From contig OZ024742.1 of the NCBI GenBank assembly GCA_964016885.1, positions 325,004,001 through 325,068,000 of the forward strand: a stretch of DNA of 64,000 nt. The letters run 5' to 3'. The stretch's first letter is position 1. Each line of letters starts with the position of its first letter. The DNA is from Eledone cirrhosa. Taxonomy: Eukaryota. The notes beneath the pieces are model-generated. The model made no database searches, had not been told where the DNA came from, and was given only the letters and a program-made list of their open reading frames with translations. Both the position numbers and the translations under genes were made by a program. Of the stretch, positions 24,551 through 37,529 are shown in pieces.

Positions 24551-25880
24551 ATAAAAGTACACATAATAATAATGATGATGATCATGTTAGCGATGCACGT
24601 TTTAAACTCAAGAAGATCGGGTTAAATAAAACCTTTGGCTTATTTTTAAAGTCCTGTATTACAACATTTTAGAAGTTAGAAAAAGTTGGAATATTTATAG
24701 CTTTCTATATAGCTATATATATATTATCGGTCTGACTGTATTATGTACGTACGTACGTATGTTAGTATGTCTCTCTGTCTGTCTGTCTGTATGTATGTAC
24801 GTGTGTGTGTGCGTGTATGTATGTATGTATGTATGGATGGATGCATGGATGTATACTTATTTATTACTCCCCCTCTCTCTGGTTCTTTTTCTCCCTTCTT
24901 GCGCAGTCTCCTTTTCTTTCTACAAGGAAAAACTGAGTATCGCATGTACATGTGTGTGAGTATGTCATTGTGCATCTGTGTATGTATATACATTGAGAAA
25001 CAAACAGACCGGCAGACAGAGTGATACATATGAACCATGGAATACAATTTGTTTTGTATTTTTCCCGTATGCAGCCGGGAGCATCTCCCACAGTGACCAG
25101 TATTTTATTTACAAAGAACGTACCAGCTGCTTCGGAGGAACCGTGTGGATCAACAGAATTGGTGCGAACAGAAGTGGACGGCACGAAGTAGAAACAACTA
25201 ACAAAGAGCTGCTCGTTACATGACACCGAATGAATGACACTCCAAGAGACATGGCAATGCGCACAGAGATCAGCGGCCTGATCGCAAGCGTACAGGAGAA
25301 TAGGACCGGGAGTTCTGACCACCAGTGATGACCTCTGCTATGTGCCATAACAAAGACGTCGTCACTTCGAATATATAATAATTGTTTATCCATAGGATAC
25401 AGTAAATCTGTGTGAATTCGCAAAGACTGAACATGTAGATGGTGCTAGGATTTCATGTTTACGTGATTGAAAAAGCAAAGCATGAACTTGGCTGTCTGAC
25501 ATATCTACTAAAATATAGACTATCAATTAAAAGTTATTTTGTGGCCCATCTAGATGTATCGGAGACTATCCAGATTATATATATATATATATAACAGGTA
25601 TCGGGATGATGTTGTTATATACCTCGAGCAGGGCCAAACAACGACACGAAATGTTAACTTCATATATCGTACAATAATTGTAACTACTTTGAAAATGTAG
25701 TAAAATTACATTGAGAGGTTTTGTTTGCTAGTTTTAACAGGTTGGGGCACTTAAATCCGTACCATGCATTAAATACGGATATGCTCATGGACCATTTGAT
25801 GGTGGTGTAGTTTTATGACTATGAGAATTATACACACATCGCACGCATATATAATAAACTAACGTTTAGTTCGGATCTAT

Positions 25881-26008
25881 CTGTCGAAACAGCCGGAGCT
25901 CTGCCGTCGGGGACCTGCCTGTTTTCCTATTACCCACTCTACTATTCTAAGTATCGAGTACTCTGGTGCGTTACGTTCCACCTGGTATCTTACCACACCT
26001 ACTTTGTT
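25881..26008 (+). mobile_element. PLE family F3 terminal fragment
   Basis: gtcgaaac..gccgtcgggg..ttacccactctac..gagtactc..cttaccac, then (TA)n. Matches the 26.6, 45.5, 53.0 and 55.4 kb copies. Confidence 0.75.
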
Positions 26009-26049
26009 ATATATACGTATATGTATGCATATATAGATATGCATACACA

Positions 26050-26122
<73 letters not shown>

Positions 26123-26183
26123 GAGACGTATAGAGATTGTTTTAGCAAGAAGCTAACGGCATTCTATAACATATATGCGACTA

Positions 26184-26248
<65 letters not shown>

Positions 26249-26522
26249 CATATATATGTATGAATATATTATATATACATATATATATTTATATTCATCG
26301 ATATATATACTTATATATAGTACATATATATATAATAAAATGTAGGTGTAGACGTGCAAGATAATTGCGTCCGCAGGCGGTATGGCGAGTGACCACTCGA
26401 TGCTCTCGCACAGCAGATTATAATAGTATAATAGTATAAGAATAAAGGAATAGAGAATTAGTGTTGCATCATAGCATATTTAATAACATATTACATAATA
26501 TATATATATATATATCTATATA

Positions 26523-27765
26523 TAGGAAAATGTATGACCCCGACGGCAGAGCTCAAGCCGTTTCGACGACTATTTCTGGACTAAATTTCTGACCTAAAAA
26601 TCCTAATATAGTCCAGAAATAGCCGTCGAAACGGCTGCCGTCGGGGTCATACATTTTCCTATTACCCACTCTACCTACCCTAAGTACTTTGGTGCTTAGG
26701 GTAGTAGAGTGGGTAATAGGAACAAGTATGACCCCGACGTCAGAGCTCAAGCCATTTCGACGGCTAATTCTGGACTAAATCAGAATTTTTAGCCTGGTAA
26801 ATAAATAGCCGAACTTCTCAGGGGGTATTTCCTTATATGGGAAGATAGTAATTGTCAAAAGATTGGTCAAAAATTTGTTGTAAAGACAGATGAATCTATC
26901 CTGGCATTTGTAGGGATGGCTGAACTTGCCGGTAGAACAAAGAGGGAGTGGGGGAAACCCAGTGAAGCGTTGAAAGTTAAATCTATACAGCAGATTCTAA
27001 GGAGAGTGTATAGAAGGTCGAAAAAAGTGTACTGGAGAAGAAGGAGGGTTGAAAGAATAGCTAAATCGAAAGGGAGTAAAAAAAAACCATTATAAAAATA
27101 AGGAAATAAATATATAAAAAACAATTTCTGGTTACTACTCCATTTCCACAATCACCAAATCTCTCATTGGTATTGCTAAGCTATAGAAAAGTTTAATAGG
27201 TGGAGAAAAATACGAGATTGTAGTGAAAGAATTTTATAAAGCCGGCTTTACAGGGGGTCTAACACCACTGCTATAGATAGTTAGTAATTAGCCAATGCTA
27301 TCTTACAATGACAGGTTAATAAGTTGAGAACAAAAATACTAAAATACTACTACAAAAATACTAATACAAAATATTAATACAAAAATACTAATACAAAAAT
27401 ACTAATACAAAAATACCACTAAGAAATTTAGAAACCACAGAAATGGAGCAGCAACCAGAAAGAAAACAATTTACGGGGTTCTAACACATCTGCTATAAAA
27501 AGCGTAATAGGCCAATTCTATCTTAAAATTAGGGAGGAGGGGGTATTGAGGCTACAGAGGACCGATGGGCTGCATCGGGGTAAGCGAAAGGTGAAGAAAA
27601 GACAAGGAAGGAGATATGGGGTGGAAGGACTAGGAAGAGATGGGGTGGGAGGTGAGAAGGAAACATAGAGCAAAAGATAAAAAAGTTACGTCTAAATAAG
27701 AATTTAGTCCAGAATTAACCGTCGAAACGGCTTGAGCTCTGTCATCGGGATGATGCTTGTTCCTA
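26523..27765 (-). mobile_element. PLE family F3 insertion with multiple inversions
   Basis: Four alternating-orientation copies of the gaccccgacggc..gccgtttcgac terminus. Body homologous to 43.4-43.7 and 44.0-44.57 kb. (TA)n flanks. Internal (CAAAAATACTAATA)n minisatellite at about 27335-27415. Confidence 0.8.
26731..26826 (-). ncRNA. Type I hammerhead motif with A8 core and long stem II (family F3)
   Basis: ACCCC-CTGAGAA-G..CGGCTA...TAGCCG.C-GAAA-TGGC..GACG-TC-GGGGT. Other copies give stem III CGGC/GCCG, and the 44504 copy has core TTGACAA. Confidence 0.6.
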
Positions 27766-27785
27766 TATATATATCCAGGGAATGT

Positions 27786-27817
<32 letters not shown>

Positions 27818-29224
27818 ATACGATATATTACTATCCAACACGTTTAAAATTTTATTTTCGTGAATTATGAGAATATATTGATTTCAATATATCACTTGCT
27901 TGGGATGAAAATACAATCGATTTAATACAGGTATTTATTTATTAAGTGCGATTTTATTGAATTTGTTTTTACAAAAATCAAAATCGATTCCAGCGAATTT
28001 GAATTTACGTGATTGGGACCTTCAGGTTAAGCTGTTTACTGGGAAATTTCGGTAGACTGGATTCGGTAGACTGGCAAATTGCCTCCTGAATTGATTTAAG
28101 CCTTTAAAATAAAATCAGTTATTTGGAATCTCTTCTTTTTTGGTGTTGAACGCAATTCGTCACCCGGTTTAAATCTGCTACATATATCTTGTGGTTAATT
28201 AGAGATGCGTTGTCATTTACAAGCAGCATTCGCATCCGAGTTCCCCTCTTTTCTCTTCTGCCTATCTCGGATCCCTTTCAAATGCAATAGTTGCTTCACT
28301 ATTCTCTCTGAGAAAGTTATAAAAATGTCGTGCTACATTTCACAACCTGGAATGCTTCCATCGTCTTTAGATATCGAAATATCCGGTAAAATAGATTGCA
28401 GATTGAAGGAAATTTAGAACTGATAGTGAAGTTCATAAATACTTGGTGTTTCATATGCAGTGCTGATAGAATCTTTTTGGTGTTAGATGAAATTCTTTTA
28501 ATAATTTCGTTAGTGATTTTTTATTGCACACAGAACGGTATATTATTTCAGCCTCCTTTCTTGTGTTAGTTGAAGAAACTAAAAAAAAAAAAAAAATATT
28601 TTTCGTTTTGTCCATAATTTGTAATTATTTGTATTAGTTTCTCTTTATACTCTCGCAAATACTTTAGAAGTCTTGCAATAGATAATTCATAATAATTCTC
28701 TCATTCCTGAAATTGGGAAAACTTTTATTTCTTTGTATATGTGAGCCACTATATATCTGAACGTGTATGCGTATAACATGTTAAGTGGAAGCGTTGTAAA
28801 GATAGAAGGAGTCGGATTTTCTGTCGTGTATTCTTATTTTCTTGTCTAGCCTTGCAAAGTGAGGATAGCGTTCAATGAGAAAATTGCAATTATATATTGT
28901 TACTGAGACGGTTATAATATTAATGTCTATACTTCATTTTTGCATTTAGCGTGGTATTTAGTATAAATCTAATGCTTCTATGATATATCTTCCTAATTTT
29001 TTCTTTCATCTATATATATTATATTTTTGTAATTCACTCTCTACCTCGTTGTTTCATAGGTATTTGTAAGTTAAATCTAAATATGTTCTCCATCGTTATA
29101 TTAGTACTCTTTATTAATTTTCCACTTCTCTATGTTGCTTTAATGCATTTTTTCTAAATTGAATTACATATCAGTTTTTCCACTATGTCGGTATAATATC
29201 TTTAACAGTGTTTTCAGTTGCTTC

Positions 29225-29722
29225 TCATCTGCAGGCACTGTCTGATAGCCACTAATACTAACTACTATACTGTACATCAATCATATTGATGGACAGAATG
29301 GAGAAGACGTTTCTCCGGAGGACGGCAAGAGAGACGCGCTGGAAGAGCCATTCCAACTCGCGAGGCTCACATCTGCGGCTGGCCAGCTCAGCGCCTATGG
29401 TGGTGAGTAGAGAGCTAGCCCTAGGGCTAAGTCTCCACTGCCAAGGGTACGACCGCAAACCTGTCGGAAAGCGACCTGTATTTGGAAAGTTTGACTTGCC
29501 TAGCCCGACGTGCAGCCGAACCTGGGTTAGTCGCAGACTGTACCAGGTTGCGGCTGGAAAAAGTGTCGGTGCAAGTGGCATCCCAGACGAGGGGTTTGCC
29601 ACTGCGGAACGGGAAGATGGTCATGCCGTCTGGCCTATTGCCGTCCCCTCGGTCCAGCCCCACCGGCTCGAGCTGGGAAGGGAAGCCATGCTTTATGACC
29701 TCGTTGACGGCAGCATGGGGTG
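29225..29722 (-). mobile_element. 5'-truncated CRE-clade non-LTR retrotransposon (RLE domain remnant)
   Basis: HAAVNEVIK..EPVGLDRGDGNRPDGMTIFPFRSGKPLVWDATCTDT..KLSKY..PLAVET, then in another frame WLFQRVSLAVLRRN. Confidence 0.85.
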
Positions 29723-30170
29723 GAATAGAAATTTACATCATACATATATAAAGCAGTCTCGATTGCCCTACTCTACCATTCGTATCTAAATGTAGTCTAG
29801 TTTAACGTTTTGTTTAAATATGTTTCCCACAAGTGTGGTGGAACTAAGCTTAAACGTGTAATAATCCAATATGTCTCCACCAAGTTGTTTGTTATTTAAT
29901 GATGATATATATGATATACCAGCTTAGACTAGTATTGCCTTATGATAGTTACTAACGCTCGAATGATGAACTCTTATTGTAGTCAACTTCTCTCGATACA
30001 GTCTTAGCTTTTTTTTATTTCCGGCAATCAGGAAAAGTCCGTCTTCTCTTTGGGCATTTAGATTCCATAATGTCGCATTCAACAAAATGACTCTGACGCT
30101 TCGGTGAATTACAAATACACGATCACTCTGATATAAATGATGCTGTTGTGGTTTTATTATTTTTATGTGT

Positions 30171-30352
30171 TTTGGCAGTATCAGTAGAGGGTCGGACGCC
30201 ATGCTTTCCAGCATAGTTACGTCCCTTTACGATCCGAGTTCAAATCCCGCCGAGGTTGACTTTGCCTTTCATCCTTACGGGGTCGATAAAATAAAGTACC
30301 AGTAATGCACTGGGTAATTGCTGGCCTTGTGCCTAAAGTAGAAACAATTATT
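30171..30352 (+). mobile_element. tRNA-derived Deu/Nin-like SINE
   Basis: Same family as 12722-12920; B-box GAGTTCAAATCC. Confidence 0.8.
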
Positions 30353-30902
30353 TTTATGTCTTTTGCTTTTACAAAAAAGAATAAAAAATTAAAACGTGCT
30401 GTTATTATTAAGTGTATCGGAGTTCGAGGGATATAGATTTCGATTCATCGAAGTAGCTGCTGGAGATTTTTCCGTACATAAGGGTGATTTACCTGATATG
30501 GTAAGCTATTGATTATAACAATTGATTATTACTGTTTACTTTCCGTTTGGTATTCCAACATTTTCTAAAGAGAATTTCATATTTCCCAGTGATGCGACAG
30601 TTTATACAGAAGGTCATATGTCCTTATATACAAGCTGTTCTTAATCTTGTAATTCAGAGGAATATGTTGCCAGAGACTGCTTAACACAATAGTAAGAACA
30701 CTCGATCAGAATTCGAGGTATTAGGTATTTGAATTTCGTAGGGGCTGCTGAACTCACTTTCCGTCTATATTAGGGGTATTTTACACAATTTTCTAAGCTA
30801 TTATTTATACCAAGGTTTGTGGTTATAGTCTTTTCTGCGTATGAGATTCCTATATTTTCTAAAACAAATTATGTATACAATCATAAGTATGTATACATAC
30901 TT

Positions 30903-31002
<100 letters not shown>

Positions 31003-32237
31003 ATACATGCAATTGTATATTCATAAGGCATGCTATAACTCGCCATATGAACATCGCTGTCACTGCTTGACATGGAAAATAGTGACTGTACGGAACAATG
31101 AAGGTATATTTTAGAGCATCATCATGAAGCATTACTTTTTTTACGAACAAATGTATGAACAGCACACTACAGATAAGTTGTGAGAAGTGTCAGTTTCTTT
31201 CTATTTCGTTTCTGATGTTTAATCGACGTGTGCTGTGCATGTATAAGCTCCTATCTATCAAATAACGCAAACAGAATATATGTAAATTGATATCCTAGAG
31301 TAGGAAGGATTCACCGCTCCAGGCAGTGACAGCGATGTTCATATGCCGAGTTATTGCATGCCTTACAGTGCTAAATTGAATTACTTCTTCTGAGAAACGT
31401 ATCTTACTATAAACTATTGTGAAAACGAGAATTATATTTTATCACTATGATAACTGAAGATATACAGAAGGTCGTATGGAGAATTTTGATTGGAAAATGG
31501 TTAGCTTTTTCTTCACTTACTAAGTTTGTATATCTAGCAAGATCTTTGAATAATAGATTTTTGCCTATTTCTTTGTTGTTGCTTTTCTTTAACCATGATC
31601 TGGCATTTTCTCCATGATCTGGTATTCCTATTATAAAATATATTTTAGCAGTACTCATATGCCCCGCACCCATGGTTTATTTCAGACAAGACTATTAAAT
31701 TATGTCCTTTCTTTTGTGAAAAAGAAATTTGATTGTTGTTCCAAGCAACTCCTTTCATAACACAGACGCTTACTTACTTACTTACTGTCATAGTTTCGCA
31801 TCTAGGTTTTAAAGATCACATGTAATAATGGCATCTTACATATATTCTTTACCTATGAGGAATATTTACAGATTGGTTTTCAAGTTATATCAGATCTAAC
31901 GCCATTTTCATAATTCTTAAGTATCGTAGCTATCTAGATAATGCGACTGTTTTGAAAATTATCACAGATATTTGTAATTATAAGGTATGGGTTTTGTTTT
32001 ATATTTGTTTTATAATATTTATTTTTTGTTTTATATTGTTAATATTTTGTTTTATATTGTTAATATTCTCTGACCTACATAGGAGAAAGTGTGGGGATTG
32101 GTTGACTCATTCGAACGTCAACTTGCATTTCAAACTCTTAATTACTGTTCTAATGCCTATGTAAAAGATACATTATTATATCGAGGGGACTTGAATGGGA
32201 AAATATGTGTGGACGTTCATATATATATATAATTTCA

Positions 32238-32296
32238 AGTGCCGTGCCCCAGCATTGCCACAGTCGGATGGCTGGAACAGGTAAAAGAGTAAAAGA

Positions 32297-32298
<2 letters not shown>
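32238..32298 (+). mobile_element. Retroposon 3' tail fragment ending in (GTAAAAGA)n
   Basis: gtgccccagcattgccacagtc..aacaggtaaaagagtaaaagagt; paralog at 3646-3701. Confidence 0.55.
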
Positions 32299-32366
<68 letters not shown>

Positions 32367-32455
32367 AAAAAAAGAATAACAGAAATAACAAAGCAAACGG
32401 CACAGTACAATGAAGAAATATATTATTAGTTTTACGCTTGATCTAGTAGGAAAGG

Positions 32456-32496
32456 AATCTTAACGTTTCGGACGGCAGTCCTTCGTCAGCAAATAG
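32456..32496 (-). ncRNA. Minimal PLE-type hammerhead motif
   Basis: CTGACGA-A-GGAC-TGCC-GTCC-GAAA-CG-TT; stem I is poorly paired. Confidence 0.55.
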
Positions 32497-32559
32497 AATG
32501 TCAAATTAAAGAAATAGAAAGATTGAGGAGACGGGCAAAGTGGAAAGGGAAAAAGCATT

Positions 32560-34330
32560 TAGAGAAACATGACAGGTCCATTCATGTTGCCCTCTCTTAG
32601 AAATCTGTTCATGCTGGCGACAAGTACAAGCATCAGATTTCTTTTCAAATTGCTACCAAGTTCTTCTTCCAAAGATTAAACTCCAACAGAGAAGAGGTGA
32701 ACAATGTCAGATGGTTGGTGGAATGAACTTGACAAAATTTAACTTTAATACCCCGATCTATATCAATCAATACACCTTACATTGCATAGTGACTAGCAAA
32801 GATTCGCATCCACCAGGTGTTGTTGGATATAGCGATTCCTTGGCTAATTGATACCAACTCTGCAGGGATCGAGTGAAACACAAAAAGCCTATACAGACAC
32901 AAAGGAACAACTGGTCGGGGATGGGGGCAGAAACCCTCAACCAAATCACTTTGAAAAATGTCGACGCCATCCCGGAAAAATCCATCTCTCAGCCGGCCTC
33001 ATCCTACACATCTCCTACCACCTGACCGCCCTTCTTTGTGCTGGTCCCCGTGTGACTACACTGGAGCCACTATTCATTCGGTTTTTGTGGAAGGTACAGA
33101 TTCCACTGGCTTTTTTGCTGTCAATACGCGCAGCGCGGAAGATTAGGCATATCGTAGCTGGTGATGCGCAAATATGCGCTGGGGATACGACATCTCCAAT
33201 AGTCGTCTGCATATAAACAATTACGAATCAGCGAGGTAAAGACTTTAGATTTGAAGTTAATTCTTGTTAGTTTGAACACATTACCTGAAGAGCGGTATCA
33301 TTTATAGATGCCATCAGTTGAAATTGTAATTGCATTTGATAGCATAACAGCAAAATATACGGAAAAGAATGCCAGTACTTCAAGATTACGGTACTTAACT
33401 CCATTTTGAACAGGAAATGGTTCAGAAAGGGTTCCAGTATAGATAACAGGGCATCCATATCCTTCTTTAGCTTTGGGTATATTTACAACATTTTCAGAAC
33501 AGCCAAATTTTTTCAGCTGTAGCCATAATGCATTCTTGTTAACCATGTCAAAAGCCTTGCTAGAATCTACACAACAATGTTTCTGTTCATTCAATTTTTC
33601 TTGCAGCTGCCGGGTGGTGAATATCATATCAACTCTCAAACGTGGAAGCCACATGGTGCGTCCGATACAGCTCTTGAGACAATGAATTAATCAATGTGTT
33701 CAAAGAGAACACGAGTAAGCACCTTTTCAATACCTGAGAAGAAGAATATTAAACGGGAATGTACGTCCTCGGGGTCACATTTATTAAGGGAAATAATATA
33801 CCATTTAACCACCAATCTTGAGGAACCTTCTCTTTTCAGTAGTAATAAACTATTATGTAGTGAAGTAATTCGGTCATTCTTTCCCCACCAGAGTGAAACA
33901 TTTCTAAACTATTGCCATCAATACCCAGGGCTTTATTTTTATTGAGTTTGTTTACAGTTGTTGCAATATTATCTGGTGTTGGCTCAAGGAAAGTCAACTA
34001 TTTCATCAATTATTCTACTATTTTATCGTCTATTAAGAAGATCAGCACAGTGCTGTATCCAACAGTAAAGAGATGTTGGCCAGCAACACTTCTCACTGGG
34101 TCACTATACGTTGATCTCGGGCCAAACATCTCTTTTACAAAAGAGAAGAAAACGTTTGTATCTTTAAGGTCTATAGCAACTTTCGCGTCTTTAGCCTTTT
34201 GTGTCACCTCACGCCTTTCATTGTTCGGTGACTACACTGAATTTTTATTAAATAGAGTTTTATCTCATGACTTGGTTAGAATTGTTTTTCTTAGTTGTTG
34301 CTTTTCATGAAGAAAAGATTACTAACATCC
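32560..34330 (-). mobile_element. Degenerate RTE-clade LINE remnant
   Basis: ORF 33298-33654(-): VDMIFTTRQLQEK..VDSSKAFDMVNKNALWLQLKKFGC, typical of RTE RT. Many stops and frameshifts; boundaries approximate. Confidence 0.75.
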
Positions 34331-34583
34331 GAGTCATTGTAGATAAACCAATGTGCTACTTCCTTCAAAGTGGAAGGTGCTCCATTATAGAAATGTAATT
34401 TGAAATTCTCCCATGGATTTTCTTATCCATGTGAGGCAATTTTTATTACATCGCGAATTTTTTCCAATAGGGAGAGGGAGTTAAGGATTGCTATGTTAAT
34501 TGTCTTTGCTTCGCTAGAGCTTTCCTTTCTAATGTTGGGCTAGCTTGAATCATTAAACCTGATTCTCACTAGACTACTCTCTT

Positions 34584-34746
34584 GGATTGGCAGTATCGGT
34601 AGAGGGTCGGACGCCATGCTGACGCATTCTGAATTCAAATCCCGCCGAGGTTGACTTTGCCTTTCATCCTTACAGGGTCGATAAAATCAAGTACCAGTAA
34701 TGCACTGGGTAATTGCTGGCCTTGTGCCTAAAGTAGAAATAATTAT
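34584..34746 (+). mobile_element. tRNA-derived Deu/Nin-like SINE (internally deleted head)
   Basis: Same family as 30171-30352. Confidence 0.8.
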
Positions 34747-35069
34747 GTGTAATAGAAATTTCAATAGAATTTCCTAGTGAATCAATTGAATCCTGACCTG
34801 TTAAACTCCACTTCCTCCCTCAACCTCATACCCCCACACACACTCATTCACATAAAAATATATACATATATATGTATATATACGATGAGATTTGGAGAGA
34901 AAATTTACATATGAGAACGAACAACTTTAATACTTGATAAGATTGACGTACAAATCGAATCCGGTAATACTAAAATAAAAAAGAATAAACTTACTCTAAT
35001 AATTATATAATATTTATTCTATTGGGTAAAGAAAAATATATTTCTACATACTTCTGTGCTTCTACAATT

Positions 35070-35118
<49 letters not shown>

Positions 35119-37009
35119 GGGGGGGGGTGTATGTGTGTGCATGCGTCTGTGTGTGTGTGTGTGTGTGTGTTTAAGCTTAGAGAAATATCGATGCAAATTT
35201 AGGGTTGCAAATTTATAGAGTTATATTATAGAAATAACGTTAATTTAAATCTAATAAGTATGCACACTCAGAGACACACACTTACATACGCACATAAGCA
35301 CACAATACCTACATATACGCTCACGCACACACACAGGGACACTGTATGAGCAGTTTGATTTATTCTTGTATTACCTGTGGTTTACTTAAGAAAAACAAAT
35401 CTAACTCTGTAAATGAATTCGGAATAAATATCGAAATACGGAGTTTTGGTTGAAACATGTAACGAATAATCAATCTAAAATAAGACGAAAAAGAAGTTTA
35501 CAAAAATAAAAGTCTATTTGGGCGCTTAAATAAGTCGTAGTTAATATCTTATTTTGCTTCTTTACTTTCATCGGTTAAATTATCAGCATTGAACAGAGGT
35601 TCACTCTTCAATATGAGTTAAATTATATACATCAATATCGTTGGGTATATTGAAAAGGGATTTGCGCTATTTCTTTACCAAAACGAAGATCCCAATATCA
35701 AAGAACGAACTATCGCAATCAACATACTCTAAAAAAAATATTGATTTCTAAATTAGATCCAAATCTTCAAAAGTTATGGTAACAATATATACAATTACAT
35801 CGAATCCAATACTTGATTGGTTATTATATTGTCGAGCCCAGGGAAATAAATATGTATAGTAGACCCTGTCTCGGCAATATCTGAACTACGAACCTAAAAC
35901 TATGTAAGCTGATACCTCGATACTCAACAATTTCTGATTTGAATCTCTCCATCATTCCTGTGAACAAAATAGAGAATAACTTCACTTTGACATGATCTCT
36001 CAGAGGCATCGATCTTCGTGACATAAAGAACTTGGTCTCTTTTGAAGTATGTTGAACTTATACCGATAAACTTGAACTGGAAGTCATTTTTCAAATCAGC
36101 ATCTAGATCTCATTTCAAAGTGATCTCCACACAATTAGCCGACAATTTATCAGAATTTAGCCAGTAAGATTTCGATGTTCCCTAAGGATAATAATAAATG
36201 TAATTGGATGTATAGATATGTGAGTGTTGTTCGTGTTGGATTGTCTATGTGTAGTGTCTATGAATATGTGTTTATCTTTTTGCGTATGTATCGTCATAAT
36301 TCTGAGAAGAGTTATAGTGAATATTTTAAATGTAAGCGTGATTCGCGCGTTGTTATGTACACATATGAGTGAATCGATATCTGTAGCATATGAAATACTT
36401 GTCGCTATAGAAGAACTGGTCATTATATATTGGTGTGTGCGAGTAAGTTCGCATACATATACACACACACGTGTATAGAAATATATATATATATACATAA
36501 GCACATATATGTGCACTTACATATATTCATTTATATATATATACATGCATACATATATACATGACCACATATATACATACATACATATTCTGCCATTATA
36601 TTCATTTAGAGTTGAGTCGTAATGTCAGAGAGAATGGCGTCTAGCTCTATACGATTAATATTAATAGATATTCCAGTGAGAATAATAATAAGAAACCAAC
36701 TTCCGGCCCAAAGAACGTTTTCCGGCATAAACGAGAAAATGTGAGAATAATGTCGTGAACGCCTCACATGAATTATGTTGCATCTCAACGATTCAAAGTG
36801 AAGCTTAGAATTACAGAAGGCCGATGTTTTGAGGAGGAACGTATCAGCGTAATAGCTAGTGTGTAACCTGGGACGTGGCAGCACAGTATTGATGACGAGA
36901 ACAGGAGAGGTATGTTAGGATATCGATTGACCAGTGATGAGGCAGAAAACCAGCTAGCCCTAATTATATGAAAGCAATATAGTAAGAGTCGGTAGTGAAG
37001 GACACTAAA

Positions 37010-37272
37010 TATAAACCACTTTCTATAATCAGTTCCTCATTATTACTAGAATTCTATAAGAATCAAACATTCCTGATTTTCAGCAAACAGGTGGAGTACT
37101 TAGCTTTGATAAGTACCAAAAAGTACGAAACAGAGCTCTGTCAGCTTTATCTCCCCAGTTTGCTGAAAATTTAAAGTGAGTGAGACTGTCACCACTCTAA
37201 AACAATACCGAAAGGTCTTCGAAATGCTTTTAATTAAGCATACAGTGTATTGCAAAATACACTATATATACA

Positions 37273-37275
<3 letters not shown>
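37010..37275 (+). mobile_element. PLE pseudo-LTR fragment (family F2) ending in (TA)n
   Basis: Homologous to both arms of the 61340-61890 palindrome. Confidence 0.75.
37102..37146 (+). ncRNA. Type I hammerhead with U3-A8 core
   Basis: AGCT-TTGATAA-GTAC-CAAAAA-GTAC-GAAA-CAGAGCTCTG-TC-AGCT, enclosed by an extended helix TTCAGCAAAC/GTTTGCTGAA. Confidence 0.75.
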
Positions 37276-37360
<85 letters not shown>

Positions 37361-37529
37361 TAAATGTGAGGTATGAAAACATTAATTATATTTGATTATT
37401 GTGCTTCTTGCTTCTCAATAGACTTATAGTATATTGTCTTGGATATATGGTTTCTATTGTCTTTATATACATACATTTATCTTTTAATTTTGAAATATAT
37501 ATTTGTTCTTTCCACATATATATACATAT

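Noticed and set aside
27335-27415. CRISPR-like short repeats
   Set aside because: A tandem minisatellite without spacers, in eukaryotic DNA.
35824-36024. LINE RT remnant suggested by EYRGISL
   Set aside because: A single short motif with no supporting neighbouring RT motifs.
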